The notes: generated by a model not told the origin, from the letters alone. Positions 29,811-38,493 are shown, numbered from the stretch's first letter. The stretch is 64,000 nucleotides of DNA from Candidatus Versatilivorator sp. (GCA_965207735.1 OZ242296.1:3584001-3648000), one strand, 5' to 3'. Program-made: numbers and translations.

Positions 29811-30115
29811 TGGCAAACCATCCCCTCGCTGGCGGCCGGATCAGTCGAGATTCCGAGTAATCTCATTGATAAAGGTTCCGAGTTCAACTTCGAAGTGCAA
29901 TACCCTGGCAGGCTGGAGATGCTTTCCGCAAAAGGGAATCAGTGTAGTCTCAGGAGGCTGGATTTTCAAGGGCGGCAGTTTGGCGGTAGCCGACCTCGTG
30001 GCCGCTCGACTCCAAGCGTGGCGTCATCCTTTCCAAGGGTCCCCGGGAACAGTACTCCGGCCATGTGCTATAGTCAGGCCATCGGTTATCCACGGGCAAA
30101 ACTCCGCTCATCCAC

Positions 30116-30454
30116 ATGCCCACCCTCAAGATCCTGCCGGAAGCGCGAATCAGTCAGGTGGCCAGCGGCACCGGTCTGCTTCAGGCCAGCCTGACGGCCG
30201 GAATCGAGCTGCCTCAGGCCTGCGGAGGACGGGCCTCCTGCACCACCTGCCGGGTGCTGGTCAAAGAGGGTGAGAAGGGACTTTCCGCTCCCCGGCTGGC
30301 GGAACGGGAGATGCTGGTCGAGTCCGGTCTGCTGGGCCGCTACCGGCTGGCCTGCCAGGCCAGGGTCTTGGGAGACGTGGTGGTGGAGCGACCCCAATGG
30401 CCTTGGCTGGATGGTATCCGTCCCACGGCCGGCGAGGGAATCCAAAGTGAATGA
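30116..30454 (+). CDS. 2Fe-2S ferredoxin
   Basis: CGGRASCTTC...RLACQ motif. Confidence 0.9.
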   Translation: MPTLKILPEARISQVASGTGLLQASLTAGIELPQACGGRASCTTCRVLVKEGEKGLSAPRLAEREMLVESGLLGRYRLACQARVLGDVVVERPQWPWLDGIRPTAGEGIQSE

Positions 30455-32129
30455 ACCCCGCGAGCAGTTGGAGGTCGACGTTCTCTTCGTGGGGGCCGGT
30501 CCCGCCTGTCTGAGTGGAGCCCTCCACCTCGCCAATCTGATCCAGAACCACAACCGGAAGTCCCCTCCCGGCGAGCGGCTGGACTCGGTCAGCATCGCCC
30601 TCATCGAGAAGGGCCGGGAAGTGGGAGCCCACACTCTTTCGGGAGCCATACTGGACCCCATTGCCCTGGTCGAGCTGATCCCCGACTATCGGGAAAGAAA
30701 TGCGCCGCTGGGTCCGGAGGTCAGCGGGGATTCCATCTACTACCTCACTGCAGGGAACCGATTCAGGTTTCCCTGGGTGCCTCCCCCGCTCAACAACCAC
30801 GGCAATTCCCTGATTTCGCTCAGTCGGTTCGTCAAATGGCTGGGGGAGCTGGTGGAAGCCCGAGGTGTGGATCTCTTCGCCGGTTTCGCCGGGACGGAGC
30901 TGCTGTTCGAGGGCGAGCGCTTGATTGGAGTCCGCACCGGAGACAAGGGCATCGACCGGGAAAACCACCCCAAGCCTTCCTGTGAGCCCGGCGTCGATAT
31001 CCTGGCCAAGGTGGTGGTCCTGGGGGAAGGGGTCCACGGCTCGCTGGCCAGGCAAGCGGTGAAACGCCTCGGGCTGGACCGGGGCAAGGCCCCTCAGGTC
31101 TATGCCATCGGGGTGAAAGAGGTCTGGGAGCTCCCCGAAGAGTCTCCGGACAAGGGGCAGGTGATCCACACCCTGGGCTACCCGCTCCGGCGGGAGGAAT
31201 TCGGAGGAGGCTTCCTCTACCAAATGGGCCGCACCATCTCGCTGGGGCTGGTGGTGGGATTGGACTACAAGGATCCCTTCCTGGACCCGCACAGGCAGTT
31301 CCAGCGCCTCAAGACCCATCCGCTGATCGCCTCCCGGCTGGCGGTAGCTCGGCTGGCCGCCTACGGCGCCAAGGCCTTGCCGGAGGGTGGCTATCACGCC
31401 ATGCCGAAGAGCTATTTCGATGGCGGGCTGCTCATCGGAGATTCGGCCGGATTGGTGAATTCCATGCGGCTCAAGGGTATCCACCTGGCCATGAAGTCGG
31501 GGATGCTGGCGGCCGAGACCATTCTGGAAGCCCTGCTCAGGGATGACTATTCGGAACGGACACTGAGCCGTTACCCCGTGCTGCTGGGCAACAGTTGGGC
31601 GGGGCGGGAGCTCTACCGGGTGCGCAACTTCCACCAGGGGTTCGAGCGCGGCCTGGGATGGGGGCTCCTCCAGGCAGGGCTGCAGATGGTGACCGGAGGG
31701 CGGGGTTGGAAAGACCCGCTCCCCAGTCGCCCCGGGCACCAGCGAATGCAGCCGTTTACCGCCTACCATGGCGCCGGCGCGGTTCCTCCGAGTCCGCTGC
31801 AGGCCGACGGGAAGACCACCTTCGACAAGCTCACCAACGTCTATTTTTCCGGCACCAGGCACGAGGAGGACCAACCCTCCCACCTGAGAATTGCCGACCC
31901 CCGGATCTGCCAGGAGCGGTGTCCGCAGGAGTTCGGAAGCCCCTGCCAGCGTTTCTGTCCGGCGGGGGTGTATGAGATCGTTCCCCGCGAGGACGGCCGG
32001 GGCAGTCGGCTCCAGGTCAATCCCTCCAACTGTGTGCACTGCAAGACCTGCGACATCATGGATCCCTACCAGGTGATCACCTGGGTCCCCCCGGAGGGCG
32101 GCGGCGGCCCCAACTACCTGAACCTCTGA
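30447..32129 (+). CDS. Electron transfer flavoprotein-ubiquinone oxidoreductase
   Basis: VGAGPA FAD motif, HTLSGA, KGIHLAMKSG, HEEDQPSHL, RFCPAGVYE, NCVHCKTCDI, PEGGGGPNY; GTG start overlapping the ferredoxin stop. Confidence 0.93.
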   Translation: MNEPREQLEVDVLFVGAGPACLSGALHLANLIQNHNRKSPPGERLDSVSIALIEKGREVGAHTLSGAILDPIALVELIPDYRERNAPLGPEVSGDSIYYLTAGNRFRFPWVPPPLNNHGNSLISLSRFVKWLGELVEARGVDLFAGFAGTELLFEGERLIGVRTGDKGIDRENHPKPSCEPGVDILAKVVVLGEGVHGSLARQAVKRLGLDRGKAPQVYAIGVKEVWELPEESPDKGQVIHTLGYPLRREEFGGGFLYQMGRTISLGLVVGLDYKDPFLDPHRQFQRLKTHPLIASRLAVARLAAYGAKALPEGGYHAMPKSYFDGGLLIGDSAGLVNSMRLKGIHLAMKSGMLAAETILEALLRDDYSERTLSRYPVLLGNSWAGRELYRVRNFHQGFERGLGWGLLQAGLQMVTGGRGWKDPLPSRPGHQRMQPFTAYHGAGAVPPSPLQADGKTTFDKLTNVYFSGTRHEEDQPSHLRIADPRICQERCPQEFGSPCQRFCPAGVYEIVPREDGRGSRLQVNPSNCVHCKTCDIMDPYQVITWVPPEGGGGPNYLNL

Positions 32130-32148
32130 GACGGGTCGCCCTCGCTAT

Positions 32149-33207
32149 TCACTCGATCAACATGCAGTCGCCGTAGCTGTAAAAGCGATAGTCCATCTTC
32201 AGGGCTTCCCGATAGGCCTCGAGGACGAGGTCGCGTCCGGCGAAGGCGCAGACCAGCATGAGCAGTGTGGAGCCCGGCAGGTGGAAGTTGGTCAGCAAGG
32301 CTCCCACCCGGCGAAAGCGGAAGCCCGGATAGATGAACAGGTCGGTTTCCCCGCGAAGTTGGGGGTCCGTCTCCCGGAAGGCCGATTCCAGAACACGAGT
32401 CACGGTGGTGCCCACGGCCACGATGCGCTGCCCCGAGGAATTGGCCGTCGAGATGGCCCGGGCGGCCTCGGGTGTCATTTCAAAGGGCTCGGTTTCCATG
32501 CGGTGGTCCTCGATGCGATGGCTGACCACCGGCCGGAAGGTGCCCAGACCCACGTGCAACGTCACCTCGCAACGGGCAATCCCCTTGCGGCTCAAGTCGG
32601 CGAAGACCTGGCGGGTGAAGTGTAGACCGGCAGTCGGAGCCGCCACGGCGCCGCGCTTGCGGGCGTACACCGTCTGGTAGCGGTCGCGGTCCCGGCTCTC
32701 GTCGGGCCGGCGAATATAAGGAGGCAGGGGGACGTGGCCCAACCGGTCCAGGATGGCATCGAAGTCGCCCTGGTATTGGAAGCGCAACACGCGCAGGCCC
32801 CGTTCGCCCCGACCCGCAACCAGGGCCTGCAGTTGGCCGCCGCCGAACAGCAGGCGCTCGCCGACCCGAATCCTGCGACCCGGTTTGACCAGCGCTTCCC
32901 AGGTGTCCGGTCCCATGGGTCTCACCAGCAGCACTTCGATGGGGGCTTTCAGCACCCCTCCCGGGGGTGGCTTGTCGCTGGTCAGTCCGGCGCGGTTTCC
33001 GATCAGGCGGGCCGGGAACACCTTGGTGTCGTTCAGAACCAGCAGATCCCTGGGGCTCAGCAGGTCAGGCAGCTCGGCGAATCGGTGGTGGGAAATCCGG
33101 CCGGTGGCTCGAACCAGTCGCAACAGGCGGGACTGGTCACGCTGTTCAGGGGGGTAGAGAGCAATCCTGTCGCTGGGCAGCGGGTATTCGAACTCGGAAC
33201 GTTGCAT
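32149..33207 (-). CDS. queA: S-adenosylmethionine:tRNA ribosyltransferase-isomerase
   Basis: NDTKVFPAR, PLPPYI, YQTVYA, AAPTAGLHF, TNFHLP, FYSYGD; start ATG 33207. Confidence 0.96.
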   Translation of the reverse strand: MQRSEFEYPLPSDRIALYPPEQRDQSRLLRLVRATGRISHHRFAELPDLLSPRDLLVLNDTKVFPARLIGNRAGLTSDKPPPGGVLKAPIEVLLVRPMGPDTWEALVKPGRRIRVGERLLFGGGQLQALVAGRGERGLRVLRFQYQGDFDAILDRLGHVPLPPYIRRPDESRDRDRYQTVYARKRGAVAAPTAGLHFTRQVFADLSRKGIARCEVTLHVGLGTFRPVVSHRIEDHRMETEPFEMTPEAARAISTANSSGQRIVAVGTTVTRVLESAFRETDPQLRGETDLFIYPGFRFRRVGALLTNFHLPGSTLLMLVCAFAGRDLVLEAYREALKMDYRFYSYGDCMLIE

Positions 33208-33220
33208 CCTCGTAGTGAAT

Positions 33221-33249
33221 CCAGCGACCTGGTGAGAAATGCGGGTTAA
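33221..33249. mobile_element. Solo right end of the MITE family (see 50182-50432)
   Basis: CCAGCGACCTGGTGAGAAATGCGGG identical to 50404-50428, followed by TTAA. Confidence 0.75.
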
Positions 33250-33707
33250 AGCAGGTGTTCGTTCAATTGAGGCCCGGGCTCGGCCTTGGCGTTCGGTCGG
33301 GACAGGGCGGGTACGGGTTGCGCCGGCGTCCCTGTGAGAAAAACCGTCAACTGTTCGGCCGATCCGTCGAACCAGGTCCGGACCATTTCCGCAACCGCCC
33401 GACGACGCGACTCCTCGAAGGAGCATCGGGGGAGATAGTGGTGGGCCTTGCCGCGCCGGGTTCGGGCCAGGAACCCCTTCCGGGTCAATCGGTCCATGAC
33501 CGTCAGGACGGTGGTGTAGGCCAGGGGGTGGCTGGGCTGGAGGGCCTGATGGACGTCCCGCACGGTGCGCGCTCCCTCGAACCAGAGAGCCTTCATGCAT
33601 TTCAGCTCGGCGCCGGTGAGCTTCCCGGTCGCCCGGGAGTCGGAATCGGCCGAAACGAGCCCCGCCCCGGCGGCGGCTTGAGTCTTCCGGTCTGGACGGT
33701 TCATCAT
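33246..33707 (-). CDS. BlaI/MecI/CopY family transcriptional regulator
   Basis: LTGAELKCMKALW, TVRDV, LAYTTVLTVMDRL..KG, FDGS; ATGA overlap with the upstream HD gene. Confidence 0.88.
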   Translation of the reverse strand: MMNRPDRKTQAAAGAGLVSADSDSRATGKLTGAELKCMKALWFEGARTVRDVHQALQPSHPLAYTTVLTVMDRLTRKGFLARTRRGKAHHYLPRCSFEESRRRAVAEMVRTWFDGSAEQLTVFLTGTPAQPVPALSRPNAKAEPGPQLNEHLL

Positions 33708-34657
33708 ACTTTCGAGCCTTTGAAGAGTGGGCGCCCGAACATGGGATAGTAGGCGGTCCACTCCGGGTCGGGGTTGGTATCGCCGACAATCAGATCCTGC
33801 ATGGCGGCCAGCTTGCTGTCCAGGTTGTCGAGGCAATGGAGCACCAGCGCCTCGGGAAACATGGGAAGCTTGGGGCTGCCGAACTCGTATTCGCCGTGGT
33901 GCGAGATGATCAGGTGTTGGATCAAGGTCTTGAGCCTGGGAGGAAAATCCTCGATTTCAGCCACCTTCCGGTTGACGATATCCAGTTCCAGAATCATGTG
34001 TCCGAGCAGTTGACCCTCGGTGGTGTAGGCAAAACTGCGGCTGTAGCTCAACTCCTCCGTCTTGCCGATGTCGTGAAGGACGGCTCCGGCCAGGAGAAGG
34101 TCCTGGTCGAGCCCCGGATAGTGTCGAGCCATCGCTTGGCAGAGTTGGCACAGCGACAGGGTGTGTTCGAGCAGGCCGCCCAGCCAGGCGTGATGGAGGG
34201 ACTTGGCGGCGGGCGCCTGTTTGAACTTGAGGGCGAACTCGGAGTCGTTCAACAGGTTTTCCAGAAGCTTCTTGAGGTGGGGATTCTCGATCCGGCCCAC
34301 CAGCGCAAGCAACTCGCCGAACATCTGCTCCACGTCCCTGCTCGTCTTGGGAAAGTAGTCGCCGAAGTCGACTTCTGATTCCTGACAGCGCCGGATTCGA
34401 TGAACGGTGAGCTGCTGCCTGTTGCGAAAGAGCTGAACCAGGCCCCTCACCTTGACGAAGTCGTCCCTGCCGAAAGTGGGCTCGACCTCGGCCACGTTGT
34501 CCCACATCTTGGCGTCCAGGCTGCCGCTCTTGTCGCCCAGCGTCAGGGAGAGGTAGGGCTCGCCCGTCTTCTTGGCGCGGACCTCCTTGACCTTCACCAG
34601 AAAGGTGGTAGTGATGACTTTGTTGGGCTCGAGGTCGCTGATAAAAAGGTCTTTCAT
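33704..34657 (-). CDS. YhaM-like 3'-5' exoribonuclease (OB fold + HD domain)
   Basis: N-terminal OB fold (YLSLTLGDKSG..DAKMW), PAAKSLHHA..GGLLEH, LHDIGK, ISHHG. Confidence 0.9.
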   Translation of the reverse strand: MKDLFISDLEPNKVITTTFLVKVKEVRAKKTGEPYLSLTLGDKSGSLDAKMWDNVAEVEPTFGRDDFVKVRGLVQLFRNRQQLTVHRIRRCQESEVDFGDYFPKTSRDVEQMFGELLALVGRIENPHLKKLLENLLNDSEFALKFKQAPAAKSLHHAWLGGLLEHTLSLCQLCQAMARHYPGLDQDLLLAGAVLHDIGKTEELSYSRSFAYTTEGQLLGHMILELDIVNRKVAEIEDFPPRLKTLIQHLIISHHGEYEFGSPKLPMFPEALVLHCLDNLDSKLAAMQDLIVGDTNPDPEWTAYYPMFGRPLFKGSKV

Positions 34658-34855
34658 GCCGCTGCGTCCGTTTTCAAGGCATGGGCCGGCCCGCCTTGGA
34701 TCTCGGCCCCGGAGAACTCCCGGCTTTCCTTCCGGCGCGGTCGCCGCCGGCTGAGAGGCGAGAGCCAACGGCCCCTATGGTATACTGAACGGAACTTTCG
34801 ACCGACCCAGCAGGTTGCCCGCCCCAGCTTGAGAGTACTATAGCCAACCCGGCGC

Positions 34856-35509
34856 ATGAAGACAGAAAAAATCTCCGAATTCACCATCAACCGCCTCTCC
34901 ATCTATCTCAGGTGTCTGAATCTGCTGGCCGCATCCGGCGTGACTACCACCTCCTCCCAGGCCCTGGCCGAGCAGTTTCAACTGAACTCGGCCCAGATCC
35001 GCAAGGACTTGACCTATTTTGGCGAATTCGGGGTGCGGGGCGTCGGCTACAACGTGGCGGAGTTGCGGGTCCATCTCAATCAGATCCTGGGGCTGGACAG
35101 GCAGCACAGGATCGGAATTGTGGGGGCCGGCAACCTGGGGATGGCCTTGGCCAACTACCGGGGGTTCGAGCACGAATGTTTTCAGGTTGCCGCTCTGTTC
35201 GACCAGGAGGCCTCCCGCCTGGGGATCACTTCCCGCAGTGGTGTCGTCGTCCACCACATCGACGAGCTCGATGAGGTGGTGGCCCGCGAGCGGATCGTCA
35301 TCGGCGTGGTAGCGGTACCGGCCGAAAACGCCCAGGAGGTGGTCGACCGATTGACCGAGGCCGGAATCAGCGCCATTCTCAACTTTGCGCCGGTGCGTCC
35401 CAATACCCGACCGGGGGTGCAGCTGAAGACCATGGATCTGGCCATTTCCTTCGAGAGCCTGTCCTATTTCCTTTCCGACTCGGGCCTCGCCGGTCCTTCT
35501 CCCTCCTGA
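34856..35509 (+). CDS. rex: Redox-sensing transcriptional repressor Rex
   Basis: RLSIYLR, QIRKDLTYFGEFG.RGVGY, VGAGNLG, ILNFAP. Confidence 0.96.
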   Translation: MKTEKISEFTINRLSIYLRCLNLLAASGVTTTSSQALAEQFQLNSAQIRKDLTYFGEFGVRGVGYNVAELRVHLNQILGLDRQHRIGIVGAGNLGMALANYRGFEHECFQVAALFDQEASRLGITSRSGVVVHHIDELDEVVARERIVIGVVAVPAENAQEVVDRLTEAGISAILNFAPVRPNTRPGVQLKTMDLAISFESLSYFLSDSGLAGPSPS

Positions 35510-35577
35510 CCGGGCGCACTTGCCGAGAGTCCCTTGCCCGCACCAATTTGCCATGCGGCTTCCCCCCGCGACCCCCG

Positions 35578-35606
35578 TTGCTGCGGTTCGGAAAAGTTGC
35601 TAGAAT
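35578..35606 (+). promoter_or_regulatory. Putative sigma70 promoter (extended -10) of the microcompartment operon
   Basis: TTGCTG (35578-35583), 17-nt spacer ending in TGC, TAGAAT (35601-35606). Confidence 0.55.
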
Positions 35607-35667
35607 TCAACGGTTTCGACTTCCTTTCAAGCAGTTCCGGCAGGCGAGCGGTCCGTCGCGAGCGCAG

Positions 35668-36444
35668 ATGAGAAAGACTCTGGAGCAGCACCGCAAGGAC
35701 ATCGTCGAGATCGGCAGGCGCATCTACCAGCTCGGCTACGTGGCGGCCTTTGACGGCAACATCAGCGTGCGTTTGGAGAACGGCAACGTGCTGGCCACGC
35801 CCACCGCCATGAGCAAGGGCTTCATGGCGGAAGAGGACCTGGTCATCGTGGACGCCGAAGGGCGGGCCGTGGAGGGCAAACGCAAGGTCTCCTCGGAAAT
35901 CGCCATGCACCTGCTGATCTACGAGCTCCGTTCCGATGTTCAGGCGGTGGTGCACGCCCATCCCCCTTGCGCCACCGGCTACGCCGCCGCCGGCGTCCCC
36001 CTGACCAAGGCCATCCTGGCCGAGGTGGTGCTGGTCCTGGGCTGCATCCCGCTCACCCGTTACGGAACCACCGGGACTTCCGAGCTGACGGATGCCATAC
36101 GGGAGTACGTTCCCCGTCACGACGCCTTGCTGCTGGCCAACCACGGCGTGGTCACCTATGGAAGCGATCTCTTCCTGGCTCACGCCAAGATGGAAACGGT
36201 GGAGCACTTCGCCCGCATCAGCCTCGCCACCAAGGTTCTGGGTCACGAAAGGCTGCTCAGCGGCGAAGATGTGGACAAGCTCCTGGTTGCCCGCGAAAGG
36301 TATGGGATCAAGGGTCCTTCGCCGGTGGGGGAGGGGTGTCCCACGCTGGGCGAGGGAGAGTCCGAGCCAAGGATAACGTTGACCCGGAGCGAACTGGTCG
36401 ATATCATCCAATCGGCGTTGATGTCTCTGCAACAAGGGAGGTAA
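35668..36444 (+). CDS. Class II aldolase (FucA-like) with C-terminal encapsulation-peptide-like helix
   Basis: GNISVR, TPT, SSE..MH, VVHAHPP, LANHG zinc ligands; Gly/Pro linker followed by amphipathic LTRSELVDIIQSALMSL. Confidence 0.9.
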   Translation: MRKTLEQHRKDIVEIGRRIYQLGYVAAFDGNISVRLENGNVLATPTAMSKGFMAEEDLVIVDAEGRAVEGKRKVSSEIAMHLLIYELRSDVQAVVHAHPPCATGYAAAGVPLTKAILAEVVLVLGCIPLTRYGTTGTSELTDAIREYVPRHDALLLANHGVVTYGSDLFLAHAKMETVEHFARISLATKVLGHERLLSGEDVDKLLVARERYGIKGPSPVGEGCPTLGEGESEPRITLTRSELVDIIQSALMSLQQGR

Positions 36445-36502
36445 CCCGCATTCACCGGGCTGCGCACTGCTGAAGCGTGCAGCCTCCGGCGAGAAACGCG
36501 GG
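36445..36502. mobile_element. Short degenerate copy of the MITE family
   Basis: CCCGCATT--CACC ... GGCGAGAAACGCGGG ends resemble the MITE inverted repeats; internal hairpin GGCTGCGCAC/GCGTGCAGCC; abuts the aldolase TAA. Confidence 0.55.
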
Positions 36503-36619
36503 TTGAGGTCTGTTTCCGAGGAGCGACCGGGTGACGGTTCCCGGTGAGCTGGGCGGACTCGGACCGGGTCGTTCGCAGCAACTGGCTTGTCGACAGATCA
36601 CCATGGAAAGGACGAGAAG

Positions 36620-36904
36620 ATGGGCGAAGCTCTAGGAATGATCGAGACGCGGGGGCTGGTAGCCATGATCGAGGCGTCGGACGCCATGGTCAAGGCAGCC
36701 AAGGTGACCCTGGTGGGATGGGAGAAGATCGGGTCCGGGTACGTGACTTCCATCGTGCGCGGGGACGTGGCCGCGGTCAAGGCGGCTACCGACGCCGGGG
36801 CCGCCGCTGCTCGGCGGGTCGGAGAACTGATCAGCGTTCACGTGATCCCCAGGCCCCATGCCAACCTGGAGGAAGTCCTCCCCATCGGCAAAGCGGGGGA
36901 GTAG
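36620..36904 (+). CDS. Microcompartment shell hexamer (BMC-H; EutM/PduA-like)
   Basis: [34 protein letters not shown]. Confidence 0.96.
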   Translation: MGEALGMIETRGLVAMIEASDAMVKAAKVTLVGWEKIGSGYVTSIVRGDVAAVKAATDAGAAAARRVGELISVHVIPRPHANLEEVLPIGKAGE

Positions 36905-36963
36905 CCCGATTTGGTTGAGGAAGGCTGGGCCGGGACCAGCGGTCCAGTCCCTGAGGGTGCCCC

Positions 36964-37233
36964 ATGCTTTTGGGTCGGGTTGTTGGAACGGTTGTCGCCA
37001 CTCGCAAGGACCCGCGTCTGGAGGGCAAGAAACTGCTCGTCGTCCGGACCATCGATCCCTCCGGCAAGGATCTGGCTGGTTACCTGGTGGCCGTGGATAC
37101 CGTGAGCGCCGGCTTCAAGGAAAAAGTACTGTTGGTCTCCGGGAGTTCCGCCCGCATGGCCGGGGACTGCAAGGATTGTCCGGTGGACACGGCGATCGTC
37201 GGCATTGTCGACTCGGTGGAAGTGAGTACTTAG
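36964..37233 (+). CDS. Microcompartment vertex pentamer 1 (BMC-P; EutN/CcmL family)
   Basis: GRVVGTVVATRK, VAVDTVSAG, GSSAR, PVDTAIVGIVD. Confidence 0.95.
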   Translation: MLLGRVVGTVVATRKDPRLEGKKLLVVRTIDPSGKDLAGYLVAVDTVSAGFKEKVLLVSGSSARMAGDCKDCPVDTAIVGIVDSVEVST

Positions 37234-37245
37234 GGAGACGCTGGA

Positions 37246-37515
37246 ATGCAACTGGGTCGGGTGGTCGGACAAGTGGTGGCCACCCGCAAGGACGACGCGC
37301 TCGAGGGCAAGACGCTGCTGCTGATTCAGCCCCTGGACAAACAGGGGCGAGACCGGGGCAGGACCCTGGTCGGAGTGGACGCGGTCGGCGCGGGCGCAGG
37401 AGAGACCATCTACTGGTGCCGCGGCCGGGAAGCCTCCCTGGCTTGGCATCCCCATCATGTCGTGCCGACGGAATGCGCCATCGTCGGCATCGTCGACTCG
37501 GTAACCATCGGTTGA
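37246..37515 (+). CDS. Microcompartment vertex pentamer 2 (BMC-P)
   Basis: GRVVGQVVATRK, VDAVGAG.GE, GREA, AIVGIVD. Confidence 0.93.
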   Translation: MQLGRVVGQVVATRKDDALEGKTLLLIQPLDKQGRDRGRTLVGVDAVGAGAGETIYWCRGREASLAWHPHHVVPTECAIVGIVDSVTIG

Positions 37516-37540
37516 TTCCTGAAGCGGTGGTCCAGCCACC

Positions 37541-37813
37541 ATGCTGATTGGTAAAGTCATCGGCAAAGTCGTCGCCACCCGCAAGCATGCCTCCCATGAG
37601 GGACAGAAGATTCTGTATGTCCAGATACTCAATCTGGACGGCAGCGAGAGGGGCTCGCCCCACCTGGCGGTGGATGCGGCGGATGCCGGGGTGGGAGACG
37701 ACGTACTGATCGCCCAGGAGGGGTGGTCCGCCATGACGTCGGTGGGGAAGCCCTACTCGCCCATCGACATGGCCGTGGTCGGCGTCATCGATCAGGTGCA
37801 TCTGTCGGAATAG
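37541..37813 (+). CDS. Microcompartment vertex pentamer 3 (BMC-P)
   Basis: GKVIGKVVATRK, AVDAADAGVGD.VL, EG.SA, PIDMAVVGVID. Confidence 0.93.
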   Translation: MLIGKVIGKVVATRKHASHEGQKILYVQILNLDGSERGSPHLAVDAADAGVGDDVLIAQEGWSAMTSVGKPYSPIDMAVVGVIDQVHLSE

Positions 37814-37838
37814 TCTCACCAGGGTTGCCGGACCCCCC

Positions 37839-38450
37839 ATGATCGCTCACCTCTCGGGCACGCTCCTTTCCAGGGAACCCCAGCTGGTCGTTATCGATGT
37901 CAACGGCGTAGGCTACGAGGTCCACGTCCCTCTCTCCACCTTTTACGAGGTGGGGGAGGTCGGGTCCTCGGTACGGTTGCGCATACACACCCACGTTCGC
38001 GAGGACACCTTCCAGCTGTTCGGCTTCAAGAGCCTGCAGGAGAAGTCGGCCTTTGAGCACCTGACCTCGGTTTCCGGCGTCGGCCCCAGGCTGGCCCTGA
38101 CCATTCTTTCGGGGATGAGCGTGGAAGAGCTGATCCCGGCCATCCGCCAGAGCAATTCGGCCCGGCTGTGTCTGATCCCGGGGGTGGGGAAGAAGACCGC
38201 CGAGCGGCTGGTGGTGGAGCTCAGGGACAAGCTGGCCCGCACCGCCCCGGATGAACCCCGCACCCCGCAGGTCACCGGGACTGCCTCCCTGCAGGAGGAC
38301 GTGGTCTCGGCCCTGGTGAACCTGGGCTACCCCAAGGCCTTGGCCGCGAGGGCTTTTCAGGAAGCCGCCCGGGAGGCTCCGGCAGAGGAGGGCATGGAGG
38401 TTCTGATCAAGGCGGCCCTGCAGGTCCTCTCCCGACCGAAACGAGGTTAG
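37839..38450 (+). CDS. ruvA: Holliday junction branch migration protein RuvA
   Basis: MIAHLSG, DVNGVGYEV, VRED..QLFGF, VSGVGPRLA, PGVGKKTAER, AL.NLGY. Confidence 0.96.
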   Translation: MIAHLSGTLLSREPQLVVIDVNGVGYEVHVPLSTFYEVGEVGSSVRLRIHTHVREDTFQLFGFKSLQEKSAFEHLTSVSGVGPRLALTILSGMSVEELIPAIRQSNSARLCLIPGVGKKTAERLVVELRDKLARTAPDEPRTPQVTGTASLQEDVVSALVNLGYPKALAARAFQEAAREAPAEEGMEVLIKAALQVLSRPKRG

Positions 38451-38493
38451 GCGGGCCCCGCCGTGCCGAGCGGATCATTTGAGAGTGAAACGT

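Noticed and set aside
33208-33789. Apparent N-terminal extension or fusion on QueA (546-aa ORF)
   Set aside because: Overlaps the BlaI-like gene in another frame; QueA similarity begins at ATG 33207.
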